Numbered from the stretch's first letter, positions 52,677 through 63,966 are shown. The stretch: DNA of 64,000 bases from an uncultured Methanoregulaceae archaeon (GCA_963717525.1 OY970343.1:544001-608000); one strand, 5' to 3'. The notes: generated from the sequence alone by a model not told the origin. Numbers and translations are program-made.

Positions 52677-53547
52677 ATGAAAGCTTGGTTCACGCTTATG
52701 GTATTCCTTGTATTGACAGGAGCACTCCTCATTGCCGGGTGTACCCAGAACACGGCACCCGCGCAGGTAACACAGCAGATGACCCCGCTGACTACCCAGA
52801 CACCCGACACTATCAGGGTTGCTGCAAGCTCGCTTGGGAATATCCTCGTGGATGCGCAGGGGAAAACCCTGTATTATTTTGCCCTTGACGTACCTGCGAG
52901 CGGTGCGAGCATGTGCACCGGCTCGTGCGCGGGTATATGGCCGATCTTTTACAGCAGTGCGATTACAGTTTCGCCCCCGCTTATGGCATCCGACTTTTCG
53001 TCCTTTGTCCGGGCTGACGGGACGAGCCAGACCACCTACCGGGGATGGCCGCTTTATTATTTCCAGGGAGACACAAACCCGGGCAATGTCTATGGCGAGA
53101 ATGTGAACAAGGACTGGTTTGCGGTCAAGCCGGACGAAACCGTGATGATTGCCCAGCGTGATACTCTCGGATTATTTCTTACCGACCGGATGGGCAACAC
53201 GCTGTATTACTTCGCAAAGGACACTCCGGGCACAAGTGCCTGTACGGGTGCCTGCCTTGCAAAATGGCCTGCATTCAGCGCCGGGCCGGTCAATGCCCCA
53301 TCGGTACCTGGATCCCGCAGATTTCAGTACAATGACCCGGGCTGATGGCACGAACCAGACTACGTTTATGGGAAGACCGCTGTATTACTTCGCGAACGAT
53401 ACAAAACCCGGCGATACAAACGGTGAGGGGTTCAATAACCTCTGGTACGTTGCAAATATCACCGGTACAGTCCCGGTAGCACCGACTCCCGTCCAGACAA
53501 CTGTAGTCCCGACACAATCCATGATGTCATATGGAGGAGGCTACTAG
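52677..53547 (+). CDS. Secreted lipoprotein with Yx(F/W/Y)xxD repeats (frameshift near 53308)
   Basis: IAGC lipobox; TLYYF..D, CTG.C...WP.F and R.DG..QTT..G.PLYYF repeats. Confidence 0.85.
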
Positions 53548-53867
53548 TCATATCCCGTGGTGCCAGGGAGGATCGTAGCATTTTATTCCCTGTAAGATGG
53601 GGGATCTCAATCTTTCTTGCCGGATGGTGATGGCACCGGTGAGTGATGAACCGGGATGTTATCGCGACATTTTATCCGGGCGGGGAAAAAGGATATACCT
53701 ATTACCCCTCGATGGGATCAGAGAAAAAAGGGAATTTCCCTGTTGGCTGTTCCGGAACCGGCACAGGGATTTTTCACCCCGGCAGGGAGAAAGACCGTCT
53801 CATGCCGGTCTCTTTTACCCCACAGCCTTGTAAGGCCCTGGCCGGTTGCCCGGATAAGCCGGCACTT

Positions 53868-54347
53868 TTAATCGATGGAAATCTTTCCCTTGGGCTCTTT
53901 TGTCAGCTTTTTCAGGTGGATTTCCAGTACGCTGTTCTTGAACGTTGCAGATGACGCATTGTCTGTCACCGGTTTGGGGAGGGGCACAATCCTGGTTATC
54001 GAGCCAAAACAGCGCTCACGAAGGTAGTATCCCTCTTTTTCATCTTTCTTTTCGCCCTCGCGTTCGCAGGATATCTCAAGTGCCTGCGGAGTTACCAGGT
54101 CAAGGGAGATATCCTTTTTTCCCACGCCCGGGATCATGTCCGCAGTCACCACAACTTCGTCGTCTTTCTCGGTGACATCTACATGGAAATCCGGTCGCTG
54201 CGCAGGCAGCATCTTATTTCCCGGCCCCCCTGCGGCAGGCAACAACGCCACCGGGCTGGTCGAGTAGATCTCCCGGCTCAGCGCCTCCATGTACTTCCTC
54301 ATGTCTTCGATCTCATCAAAGACAGACCGGTAATACCATCGAACCAT
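53868..54347 (-). CDS. Small heat shock protein Hsp20
   Basis: VDVTE, ADMIPGV, RERCFG and ATFKNSVLEIHL motifs. Confidence 0.9.
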   Translation of the reverse strand: MVRWYYRSVFDEIEDMRKYMEALSREIYSTSPVALLPAAGGPGNKMLPAQRPDFHVDVTEKDDEVVVTADMIPGVGKKDISLDLVTPQALEISCEREGEKKDEKEGYYLRERCFGSITRIVPLPKPVTDNASSATFKNSVLEIHLKKLTKEPKGKISID

Positions 54348-54613
54348 CTTTCACTTTCCATAATTCTTCTTATATCTACCTTGTTTTTGGATTTTTAGGA
54401 TTCCCGTATCATTTCCGCGAGGTAAGGGATCACTGGTTCTCCGGCCAGTACCCGGCAACCTCTAATCCCTTGACCGTCTGAATATGTTTGCAGGTGGTGT
54501 ATCAGATTTATCAGGTAATCCGGATTTTGAAACACTTTTTGAAAAGAGCGGCCACGGGTTCCTGCGTAGAATGAACCGGTTTTGTCCTGTACTTTCACGA
54601 GAAGATCGCCGGA

Positions 54614-54889
54614 TTAGTTTTTGAGGTCTTCAGGTGTCAGCAATTTCAGCACGGCCTCGATGCCGGAGATCTCACGCCTGATTACCTCTTCGTGAAAATA
54701 CTGTCTCAGTTTTGATTCGAATTTTAACCGGTTTTTGTGGTTCCAGCCCTTCCCGGGATCGTACTGGCCCTTGAGATAGGTCTGGAATTCAGCGAGGTCC
54801 TGCCGGGTCAGCTTCCGTATGAGGGTCTCCCCGTACCTGTTCATCAGGGACTGTTTCATCTCATCAGAGGGGTTTTTTTCCTTGACCAT
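54614..54889 (-). CDS. Hypothetical protein (91 aa)
   Basis: ATG ORF with protein-like composition. Confidence 0.55.
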   Translation of the reverse strand: MVKEKNPSDEMKQSLMNRYGETLIRKLTRQDLAEFQTYLKGQYDPGKGWNHKNRLKFESKLRQYFHEEVIRREISGIEAVLKLLTPEDLKN

Positions 54890-54908
54890 AGCGTCGTACC
54901 CCGGAACG

Positions 54909-55104
54909 TTACACCGTCGAATCTATCCTGTGCTGGTCCGGGTCTTATCCGGTAAATCCCCGGGTGTATGAGAAGGTCGAACACGTTGATCTTCTGGTTT
55001 ATGAGATCATCATAACTGTAGAAATCCCCGTTGGGATCTCCTGCACCGGACCAGAACACCTGGATCCCGTCCTGGTATTTTTTACTGCTCGCAACCTGCT
55101 GCAT
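54909..55104 (-). CDS. Small hypothetical protein (probable frameshift near 54945)
   Basis: GGAGGAG SD before ATG 55104; removing one A gives ...YRIDPDQHRIDSTV*. Confidence 0.5.
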
Positions 55105-55705
55105 GGCTCCTCCGCTTTTATCATGGCCGTTTGTGCCCTGCCGGGAGATAATCCCCCGGGGCAAACGCCGGTTCCGGGGGCAATTTTCCTGCAGTGCCCT
55201 TTATTGTTTTTTGCGGACACCCGAGTCCTTTTCGTGTGATTTTTTTCAGTCAGACCGGGGATGGGTCCAGTAATGCCGGATGAAATCGGAATATATGCAA
55301 TTCTCAGAATTACACCGGTTGCAGCCATCCCCCGTGCAATAGATCCCCTCGGGAGAGACCCCGGGATAAGAACATTTTTGAATATTCTCTCTCATTTTCC
55401 AGAGGTTACCCGGGATTTTATGGAGAGGATCTCCTGCGACCCATGACCTGCCTGCATTTTCAACCAAGGGAATCGATCTCATCCGTTGAGGGATTAAACA
55501 GGAGGATATAAGGGATCTCTCTTAAAAACCAGTTTTTGAAACAAAATCTGAAATAACCGGTCCCCGGGAAAACCCCGCTGATGCCCTGGCCGTTCATGTA
55601 AACAACTACAACCGGGGTAAAAAAGGAAAAGAAAATAAGAAACGCTCACCTCAGGGAGAATTTCTCCCCCTGTACGTGATTTTCTGGAATCCGGTATACC
55701 GCCCT

Positions 55706-56092
55706 TTATCCGATCAGTGTTTTAAATGAGTCTTCCACGTCCTCCATGGAATACCCGAGATTAATTAAATCCTGTTTTATGGCGGGGACAAACGAGGGGT
55801 CTGGCATTTTTTTTGCATAATCCGCGAGGATACCGGCGATGATTCCGGGTAATTCGGCCCTCCTGCCGCTGTAGATATGCTTTAACAGCAAAAAAAAAGC
55901 ATTGCGTATCACGTCGCTGCCATATAACTCCGGCTTGCCATCGGTAGATCCGAGAAGTCCCCCCCATATCTCAGCGATATCGTGTTCCCTGCAGAAACGG
56001 GAAAATTTCCCGGATACCAGGTAATCGCCCATACCCTGGCGTATCATATGGTCCGCTATGAGCCTGAGTGCTTTGTGCGGGTCCTGTGGCAT
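55706..56092 (-). CDS. Hypothetical protein (128 aa)
   Basis: GGAGAGG upstream; helical composition. Confidence 0.6.
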   Translation of the reverse strand: MPQDPHKALRLIADHMIRQGMGDYLVSGKFSRFCREHDIAEIWGGLLGSTDGKPELYGSDVIRNAFFLLLKHIYSGRRAELPGIIAGILADYAKKMPDPSFVPAIKQDLINLGYSMEDVEDSFKTLIG

Positions 56093-56373
56093 CGGTATAA
56101 TGGTTGATCGCCTCTCCTGTATTTACACTCTTCGCACGTTGTCCGGTAAACCCCGCGGTGACCGGCTTTGCCTCGTTTTTGTGTCTTTATTGCTGGGGGA
56201 ATCGCGAAGGAGGGATCTCCCGGTCATGATATTGTTTCTGGCGGTTCATTGTAAAATAAGATCATTAACCCGAGTATCTTACCCGGGGTGCCGGAATGCA
56301 ATTGCTGCCGGAAAAAATGTGACAGGTTCCTCTATCATAAGTATTAATAATCCGCATGACCCCTTTGAAGATT

Positions 56374-57102
56374 ATGACCCGGCTGCATTTCTTCGCCTTA
56401 TCGGATCGGGGTATCAGGACTACCAACAATGATGCTTTCTGTGCTGAAAAGATTGGGAACTATTATGTTTTCGGAGTAGCTGAGGGACAGACTGACCCTG
56501 CCTTCGATGACACTGCAAGCGGCATCGCAGTCTCCTCTCTCATGGAGTCTGTAAAAAGCCGGAAAAATTCACCGGCTTTGGCCCTTGCTGCGGCCGTGCA
56601 CGAGAGTGATGCCCGGATCACTGCGCGTGCTTCAAACTCCCCTGAGAAAACCAGGGATGCTACACACCTGAGTGCCTGCCTCATCGATGATGCCCTGGAA
56701 TGCACGATTCTCGACACCGGTGAAGGGAATGCCTATCTTATCAGCCGTGATGGCATCCATCTCCCCGGGGAACACGCATTGTCCGGTCAACCGGAAGGGC
56801 TGGAGTTCCTCACACGAGGCCACAGCGGTGAGAAGAGACGGGGAGAGATGATCGCTCACACGCTCGGTGAACCGCATGTCCTGACGAAAGCTGACTTTGC
56901 CATGGTACCTATCGCGGATCGTTTCCTGCTCCTCAGCACCGGCGGCCTGCATGACTATGTCAAAAAGGAGAGGATTGCGGAAATTGTTCTCCAGAACGGG
57001 GAGAATGTAGAGTCATCCTGCCAGTACCTGCTTCAGGAAGCCCTCTCTGCCGGGAGCGAACGGACCATTACCATTGTCCTCGTCCACGGTCACCTCCACT
57101 AA
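56374..57102 (+). CDS. PP2C-fold phosphatase-like protein with degenerate metal ligands
   Basis: SDRGIR..NND, GVAEG, DTGEGNAY, LLLSTGGLHD and ERTITIVL align to PP2C motifs. Confidence 0.75.
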   Translation: MTRLHFFALSDRGIRTTNNDAFCAEKIGNYYVFGVAEGQTDPAFDDTASGIAVSSLMESVKSRKNSPALALAAAVHESDARITARASNSPEKTRDATHLSACLIDDALECTILDTGEGNAYLISRDGIHLPGEHALSGQPEGLEFLTRGHSGEKRRGEMIAHTLGEPHVLTKADFAMVPIADRFLLLSTGGLHDYVKKERIAEIVLQNGENVESSCQYLLQEALSAGSERTITIVLVHGHLH

Positions 57103-57539
57103 AACCCTTTTAACGGCTGCGTTTTTTTTTTTAGTTTTTACAATGCCTGAGAAGGGGCCGGGTTTTACGCTGGATGAGAGAACACGGGCACATTCTGGTA
57201 TGGATTCTCCATCGCCCTCTCAATGCGGTCATTTTTGGCTGACAATTATTCCCGGAGAGTATTGTTTCAAAGTATGTCTCAAAAGATGATACAAGGGACA
57301 AATGCTATAATTCACGATAGTAAGTGCTCATGTGCGGGAGACGGATGGCAGATCTTTGCAGGAATTCAATTCCGGAAGGATCCCCCGGGTCGCCCATCCC
57401 CGGGACCGTTACAAAAACAAGGGAAACAGTGGTGCCATGTTAAAACCCGGTGTGTCCCGGGAGCCTGATAAAAAGCCACACAAAGAACCGCCCCCGGCCG
57501 AATTATTTCTGGAGAGAAAATGGAGGAGAATGAGAGATT

Positions 57540-57794
57540 ATGATCACCGTAAAGAAAAGGGATGGCCGCAAAGAACCGTTCGCGGCCGAAAAGATCGTGG
57601 TGAGTGCGATAAAATCCGGTGCACCTCTTGAGGTTGCACGGACCATCGCCCATGGGATCGAACAGGGTGCAACCGATAGCATCTCCACCCGGGAGATCAA
57701 AAACCGGGTGCTCGTGATGCTCAAGGCGAAAAATCCTGAATGGGAGAGGAACTGGATGGTCTTTGATACAGCGGTAAAAAAGCGATCAGAATAA
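57540..57794 (+). CDS. Stand-alone ATP-cone domain protein
   Basis: VKKRDGRKEPF..EKI and ISTREI motifs. Confidence 0.85.
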   Translation: MITVKKRDGRKEPFAAEKIVVSAIKSGAPLEVARTIAHGIEQGATDSISTREIKNRVLVMLKAKNPEWERNWMVFDTAVKKRSE

Positions 57795-57819
57795 GGTGCA
57801 CAAGGGAGGAGAGCCGTCT

Positions 57820-58032
57820 ATGCCATACCGGTGGAAAACAAAGGTTGATGTGGATGAAGCCATTGTCGTCATGATGAACGTCCTTGACAAGAACCCGGAC
57901 CTGCCGAACTGGCTTATTATGACGATCAATGGTTCGATAGCTGATTCAGACAAAAAAATTGTCGGATATTTCTTCGGGGAAGTAAAAAAGCACGTTCCTC
58001 AGGCCCTCAAATACTTCGAGTCCCGCGAGTAG
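57820..58032 (+). CDS. Small hypothetical protein (70 aa)
   Basis: GGAGGAG SD; follows the ATP-cone gene. Confidence 0.6.
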   Translation: MPYRWKTKVDVDEAIVVMMNVLDKNPDLPNWLIMTINGSIADSDKKIVGYFFGEVKKHVPQALKYFESRE

Positions 58033-58144
58033 GAGGGCACCGGAAAGTGTATTTTTCCTCTGCCCCCTTGCCGACCATAGAGTGAGGGACAGGAAGCGTA
58101 AAAAACGGCTGGCAGGCAGCCTGTCGGTTAAATGACGAAGGATC

Positions 58145-59188
58145 ATGCAGGACAAAATTGATGTCGGGATTATAGGGCTGGGCAGCACGGGAACGCTCAG
58201 GAAAACGATAGCAGAAAACAACCCTGCACTCAACCTGGTCGCGGTCAGTGATGCCCACCGGCCAAATATCCCCCGGAGGGAAACGTATAGCTATTATGAG
58301 GATTACCGGAAGCTCCTGGACTCCGGTGTCGATGCAGTTTTTGTCGCCCCCCAGAATAAATACCGGCCGAAGGTCGCGATCGAGGCCCTGAACCGGGGCA
58401 TACACGTCTTTTGCGAGATCCCGCCCGGCAGGACGGTACAAGATATGCAGGATATTATCGCTGCAGAAAAAAAGGCCAGGGGTACCGTGCTTGATTTCGG
58501 GTTCACCCACCGGTTCCACGATACAGTGGTGAAAGCACAGGAGCTGATAAAAACCGGCACGTACGGGAAAATCCTCTGGATGAAAGGCGTCCACGGCAAA
58601 TCAGGCGGAAATGATTTTGAGAGCATATGGCGGAGCAACCGGGATTGGGCGGGAGGAGGTATACTGCTCGACCAGGGGATCCACATGGTTGATCTTTTCC
58701 GGTTTTTTGCGGGAGATTTTAACGGAGCAAAAAGTTTCGTCACCACCTGTTTCTGGAATATCCCGGTGGAAGACAATGCTTTTGCCCTGTTACGCAACTC
58801 CCAAAACCAGGTCGCGATGATCCATGCGTCTTCGACCCACTGGAAAAACCAGTACTCCCTTGAGATCTGTCTTGAGAACGGGTACATCACCATTAAAGGC
58901 GACCTCAGCCCGAACGGGGATTACGGGCCCAGAGAAACACTTATCGTCTCATCCCGCCCGACCGGAGATGAGGAACGTGCATCCGGGCTCTCCAAAGAAT
59001 CGATCACCAGTTTTGATACGGCTGCTTCGTGGGAACGCGAGGTGGACGCATTTGTCGATTGCATCAGCAGCGGCGCAAAGGTACAAAATGGATCCTCTGG
59101 CGATGCCCTCCAGGCAATGAAACTTGTCGACCGTATATATCGCAGGGATACGGCCTGGTGGAGCCGGTGGAAATTGTCCGGTACATGA
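58145..59188 (+). CDS. Gfo/Idh/MocA-family oxidoreductase
   Basis: GIIGLG, HVFCEIP and GGGILLDQGIH motifs. Confidence 0.88.
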   Translation: MQDKIDVGIIGLGSTGTLRKTIAENNPALNLVAVSDAHRPNIPRRETYSYYEDYRKLLDSGVDAVFVAPQNKYRPKVAIEALNRGIHVFCEIPPGRTVQDMQDIIAAEKKARGTVLDFGFTHRFHDTVVKAQELIKTGTYGKILWMKGVHGKSGGNDFESIWRSNRDWAGGGILLDQGIHMVDLFRFFAGDFNGAKSFVTTCFWNIPVEDNAFALLRNSQNQVAMIHASSTHWKNQYSLEICLENGYITIKGDLSPNGDYGPRETLIVSSRPTGDEERASGLSKESITSFDTAASWEREVDAFVDCISSGAKVQNGSSGDALQAMKLVDRIYRRDTAWWSRWKLSGT

Positions 59189-59260
59189 CGCATGTTCCGG
59201 CAAAACAGCCGGCATGCCAGGTGATCCACAAAAAAGGACCAAAAACAGGAAAAACCGAAT

Positions 59261-59725
59261 TTACCTGCTATATGTCGCGATAGCCTGGCCTCCGTATTGT
59301 ACCATATGTCCTTCCATAGCCTTTTCAAGGACATCCCGCTTTGACCCTGGTGGAATTCCCAGTATCGCGTCAAGGCCGTACACATTGAAATAATAGGTAT
59401 GGACCTCACCCTTAGGCGGGCAGGGGCCCCGGTATCCGGTGGTGCCGAAATCATTGGTCCCCTGGACTGCCGTGAAGGGCTCGGTTATCACTGCGGCCCG
59501 GGGAATTTTCTCCGGTATGGTCGGCCGGGATTCGAAATCCCAGATCAGCCAGTGGGTGAAGCGTTCAGAAGGCCCGATCCGGTCGTCAATAATGATTGCA
59601 AGGTACGGGGAATGGATCCGGTCGATATGGATCACCGGGGATATATCCTCGCCGTCACAGGTATGTTTCCTGGGAAAATCCCCCTTGTCAAAATCGATAC
59701 TGATGAAAAGGTTCTCGGTCTCCAT
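59261..59725 (-). CDS. YbhB/YbcL (PEBP) family protein
   Basis: TCDGEDISP, FTHWLIW, GTNDFG, GYRGPCPP and HTYYF motifs. Confidence 0.9.
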   Translation of the reverse strand: METENLFISIDFDKGDFPRKHTCDGEDISPVIHIDRIHSPYLAIIIDDRIGPSERFTHWLIWDFESRPTIPEKIPRAAVITEPFTAVQGTNDFGTTGYRGPCPPKGEVHTYYFNVYGLDAILGIPPGSKRDVLEKAMEGHMVQYGGQAIATYSR

Positions 59726-60025
59726 AATGGTGTAACTCCTGTCCCTCCCTAGGTTTTTTTAAGACAGGGAGGATGAATGACCCTGTATCCTCCTGTCCTT
59801 CTATAATCCTATGCCGGAGTTACAAAATCTGTAACATTGTTTGAACGATAAAACCCTCATTTATCCCAAAACTCCTTTTCACCCGGGCATCCCGTAGTGA
59901 CCCGGTCGTGATTTTTACATCCGGGCTGAGAAAAATTTTTTTGGAGATTTTGTTTTCATTTTCCGGGATCTCCCGATATATTAATGAGGATATTCCTGCT
60001 AATTGTCCGCGGAGGAAAATCAGGA

Positions 60026-60255
60026 ATGGCAAAAGTTGATGAGTCCGTGGCAAATCTCGATGTCTGCGGGAGGTTTTGCGGGTCCTGCCCGACCTATGCA
60101 GCGAACAATCTGAAAAATGGCAAACCGTCCCTCCTTTTCTGTGGCCGTGGTGGATCCCTCAAGGCCCCGGAAGGGAAGAAGGAAGGATGCAACTGCCCGA
60201 AGTGCGGCGTGCATACGCGGTACAGCTCACCGGTGATTACTACTGCATGAAGTGA
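60026..60255 (+). CDS. Cys-rich small protein, DUF2769-like (frameshift near 60225)
   Basis: CGSCPTY, LFCGRG and GCNCPKC motifs; restoring one base gives ...LTGDYYCMK*. Confidence 0.7.
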
Positions 60256-60741
60256 CGTGGCAGTACAGGATATTTCTGGTGTTGTTGTGCGTTTCCGTGA
60301 CATAACAAAATGGGGGCAGCGTAACGGGAGGTAATGATCGGGCGCACCAGAGAACAGATCCTGGATAGTATACATCATGTGGAATCCGGAGTTTTCCGGA
60401 CAAAGGGGAAGGGGTATCGCCTACCCCCCTCCCCATCAGGATCGTAAACGGGGCTATCCCCCAACCCTTTCACTAGTTCAATCATCCGCTCATAATCTGT
60501 TGCCGCACTACCCACCGCTCCGCACCATCCGGGCACAGGACTACAAAAAACCCGCCATCCCGGATTTCCTTTTTTGGAAATCCCGTCGTTTTACCATGAT
60601 AAATCCGACAGCTATTACTTAAACATCGCGAATGTACCCATAAACGATAGTTCTCTCCGGGAGAGCAGAGCGGAAGGAAAAATCCGTGGCAACCGAACCT
60701 GGATCACTACAGAACGGGATACTCTCCCTGCCCCGGATATA

Positions 60742-62532
60742 ATGCCCGAAAAACGTCTGCTCAGGCGCCTCACCATCGCTTTTGGCCTCATCACGACTGT
60801 TATCAGCTTCCTTGCGATTTTCACGGCGCACTTTGGTATCACTCTGTTCAGCAGCGTGAACCAAAATTACCGGACGATGGCATTCAGCGCGGCCCTGATC
60901 TGGATCTTCATCGGATCCATGCTCGCATATCAGGCAGCAAAACCGCTCCTGCGGATCTCCAGGCTGGTCGTGCAGGCATTCCTTTCTCTCATCGCAGCCA
61001 TTGAAGCCATCGAATTTGTTTTCAGTATCCATGGAAGTCATTCTTTCATTGAGACACTCTTTGTCAGGGCAGGGACGGTTGTTCTCGGGCCCACATCCTC
61101 ACCTATCTCCCCGGTAGCTGCCGGTCTCATAGTTCTCGCGGCAATTGCGCTGGTGTTTGTTCTCCGGGATAAAGGCCTGCCGGCACAATCGATGCGGACA
61201 GCAGATGCGATCAGTATCGCCGGGCTTGCGATCTCTGTTATCAGCTTCACCTTTGTCATGAGCTATTTCTATGGCAATCCGTTATTGTATGGAACACAAT
61301 TCATCCCCATCGCATTCCTGTCAGCGCTCGCCTCCTTCTTCGCCGGGGCAGCCCTTGTCGCTGCCGCCGGCCCCGGCGCAGTCCCGGTCAGGTACATTAT
61401 CGGTAATTCCACCAGCGCCGGCCTTCTCCGGGTGTTTGTCCCGCTCGTTGCCGGCATTATCCTTATCGAAAATATCGTGTTTGTCGGGCTGTCTTCCTGG
61501 TTTGATGTCCGCGATGCGATCCTTCTCTCGACAACTCTGGTGATCTTTATTCTCGCTACCGCTTTTGTGGTGGCAAGGATCTCCGGGAAGATGGGAGGGA
61601 GGCTTGAGCGTGCCGAGCAGGAACTGGTCCGGAAAAACGAAGATCTCGGCGCCATGAACGAGGAACTTACCGCAATTGAGGAAGAACTGCGCCAGGCAAA
61701 CGACGGGCTTCTGGCAAATGAACGCCAACTGCTGCGGAAAAACGAAGATCTCGGCGCCATGAACGAGGAACTCAACGCGGTCAACGAAGAACTCACCGCT
61801 GCCCAGGATGAACTTCACCAGAATATCGAAGAACTCAGCCTCCGCGAGGAGGAACTGATCAAAAGCGAGGCAGATCTCAGGGATGCCCTCGCAGAAAAAG
61901 AGGTCCTCTTGTCGGAGATCCATCACCGGGTCAAGAACAACCTGACCGCATTCATCTCGTTACTCAGCCTTGGTGGCACCTATGAGGAAAGCGAAGCGGG
62001 CCGGGCCCTTAAAAAAGACCTCCAGAACCGGGCCCGGAGCATGGCCCTGATCCACGAGACCCTGTACCAGACCGGGAAATTCTCGAACGTGGATATGGAG
62101 GTCTACCTGAATAACCTCGTCAGCCAGATCGCCGGTTCCTACGCAGAACGTTCGAGGATCCGGATCGTTGTCGATGTGCATGAGGTGAACCTCGATATCG
62201 CACGTGCCACCACTGCCGGCCTGATCATCAACGAGCTCTTAACCAACTCGTTCAAGTACGCATTCCCGCCGGGGTTCGACTGTATGGCGGTACGGGGAAA
62301 ACCCTGTACGATCCGGGTCTCGCTTGCCCACGAGGATGGGACGGATGTCCTCACCGTGGCTGATAACGGGTGCGGACTACCGGAGGGATTTGATCCCCTG
62401 GCAACGAAATCCCTCGGCCTCAAGCTGGTGACCTTCCTTGCCCGCCACCAGCTTCAGGCGGAGATCGGGATCCGGGCGGAGAGAGGAACAGAATTCAGCT
62501 TCCATCTGAAAAATACCGGGGATGAAACATGA
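60742..62532 (+). CDS. Membrane-bound sensor histidine kinase (HisKA_2 type)
   Basis: About 8 TM helices, coiled coil, then [20 protein letters not shown] and DNGCG motifs. Confidence 0.9.
   Translation: MPEKRLLRRLTIAFGLITTVISFLAIFTAHFGITLFSSVNQNYRTMAFSAALIWIFIGSMLAYQAAKPLLRISRLVVQAFLSLIAAIEAIEFVFSIHGSHSFIETLFVRAGTVVLGPTSSPISPVAAGLIVLAAIALVFVLRDKGLPAQSMRTADAISIAGLAISVISFTFVMSYFYGNPLLYGTQFIPIAFLSALASFFAGAALVAAAGPGAVPVRYIIGNSTSAGLLRVFVPLVAGIILIENIVFVGLSSWFDVRDAILLSTTLVIFILATAFVVARISGKMGGRLERAEQELVRKNEDLGAMNEELTAIEEELRQANDGLLANERQLLRKNEDLGAMNEELNAVNEELTAAQDELHQNIEELSLREEELIKSEADLRDALAEKEVLLSEIHHRVKNNLTAFISLLSLGGTYEESEAGRALKKDLQNRARSMALIHETLYQTGKFSNVDMEVYLNNLVSQIAGSYAERSRIRIVVDVHEVNLDIARATTAGLIINELLTNSFKYAFPPGFDCMAVRGKPCTIRVSLAHEDGTDVLTVADNGCGLPEGFDPLATKSLGLKLVTFLARHQLQAEIGIRAERGTEFSFHLKNTGDET
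61630..61772 (+). repeat. Intragenic 38-bp direct repeat at 105-nt spacing
   Basis: CGGAAAAACGAAGATCTCGGCGCCATGAACGAGGAACT at 61630 and 61735. Confidence 0.85.
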
Positions 62533-62909
62533 CGGAGAAAACGGTACTGATAGTTGAAGACGAGGGTCTGATCGCTCTCCACCTGACAGAGACCCTGGAA
62601 AACAGGAGATTTGGGATAATCGGCACGGTTCATTCCGGAGAGATGGCACTCCAGGCACTCGAAAAGTCTCCAAAACCCGATCTCATCATAATGGATATCG
62701 GGCTTGCAGGATCACTTGACGGAATCGAGACGGCCCGGAAGATTCGGCAGCAGTATACTATCCCGATCATCTTCCTGACTGCATATTCTGATAAGAGCCG
62801 GATGGAGAAGGCAAAAGAGCTATCGGCCGTCGAATACCTCATAAAGCCGGTGACCGAAGAGGATCTCCTTACTGCAATCAGGAGAGCACTGGACGGTCCG
62901 GCCCCGTAG
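62529..62909 (+). CDS. Single-domain response regulator
   Basis: IVEDE, IIMD, FLTA and KP motifs; ATGA overlap with the kinase gene. Confidence 0.92.
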   Translation: MTEKTVLIVEDEGLIALHLTETLENRRFGIIGTVHSGEMALQALEKSPKPDLIIMDIGLAGSLDGIETARKIRQQYTIPIIFLTAYSDKSRMEKAKELSAVEYLIKPVTEEDLLTAIRRALDGPAP

Positions 62910-63322
62910 GCGCCCCTAAAAATGCAACGATGGTCCCCCTCTTGGCAGAATAACACGCAGATATGGCTCCTCTCGTACCAGGAATGAAATGGAGGAAAAG
63001 AAGCCGGGCGTGTGGGTTTTCACGCCCGGGAAAACTAAGTGTGTGTAGAGAAGCTCTTCTGACCGCCCTGCTGTGCGGTCGAACCGGTTTAGACCGGGTA
63101 ACGTTAAAAATCTGTGGTCACTTTCTGTTTTTTGAGACTCTGGTTGGACCCGGTTCCGGTGCGTTCTCCGGATTTTTACCCGTCACCTTGACGGGTTACG
63201 ATGATGCCATTTTCCGTTAAGGCCGGATAACGCACCTGCACAGCCCCCGCCAGGAACCCCCGTATCGGACCCGTAAAGGTGAACCGCACCGTCAGGTTCC
63301 GGTGGAATCCCGAAAGAATGCG

Positions 63323-63746
63323 CTACTTTTTCCAGACTTCCATGCTGGACATGTTCTTCCCGTGGTAGGTGATCTCGGATGCTGCAAATACCAGGACCAC
63401 GTAATCGGGGTTGTCCACCGTTTTGAAATACTGCTCAAACATCGGGTTCCAGTATTTCTTTTTGGTTAAAATGTCGTCGTGGACTTTTCCCTTTGCCCTG
63501 ATTTCCACGTAGGGATCGGAGAACTCTTTTCCCGACCAGATTGCAATGGCAGTCTCGGGGTTCTTCATCAGTCTGCTCAACTTTTCTGGAACTCTTCATG
63601 GTGCCGCCCACCAGAATCATGTCAGGGAAGCCGGCCAGTACCATGAAGCGCACCGCGGGCATTTTCCCGTCAAGAGTGGCGACGGCGGCAGGGTGTGGAC
63701 CGCCCATCACTTCGAGGATCTTCTCCTTGAGTGTCATAATGCCCAT
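63323..63746 (-). CDS. Pyridoxamine 5'-phosphate oxidase-like / general stress protein 26 family (frameshift near 63575)
   Basis: VATLDGKMPAVRFM, SRKVEQ..KNP and YFKTVDNPDY motifs. Confidence 0.8.
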
Positions 63747-63966
63747 GTAAATATTTCATGAATGATAAAAGTTATGATAGGGGAAGACGGTTCCGGGACG
63801 GTCAGATGATCCCGCCTTCCTTTACGTCCTGTACTGTTGTTTCAGCGTATGTTTCAAAATCTGTTTTTCAGGAAAGATCCTTTAAAAGTCACCGGTGAAT
63901 ATCCGGCCCGTTGAAGGCCTCTCCCTTTCTGGCGGGGGCACCAAAAAAACAGGAACAGGTGAGATC

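Noticed and set aside
55261..55446. Short plus-strand ORF
   Set aside because: No motif or clear translation signal; cannot be supported
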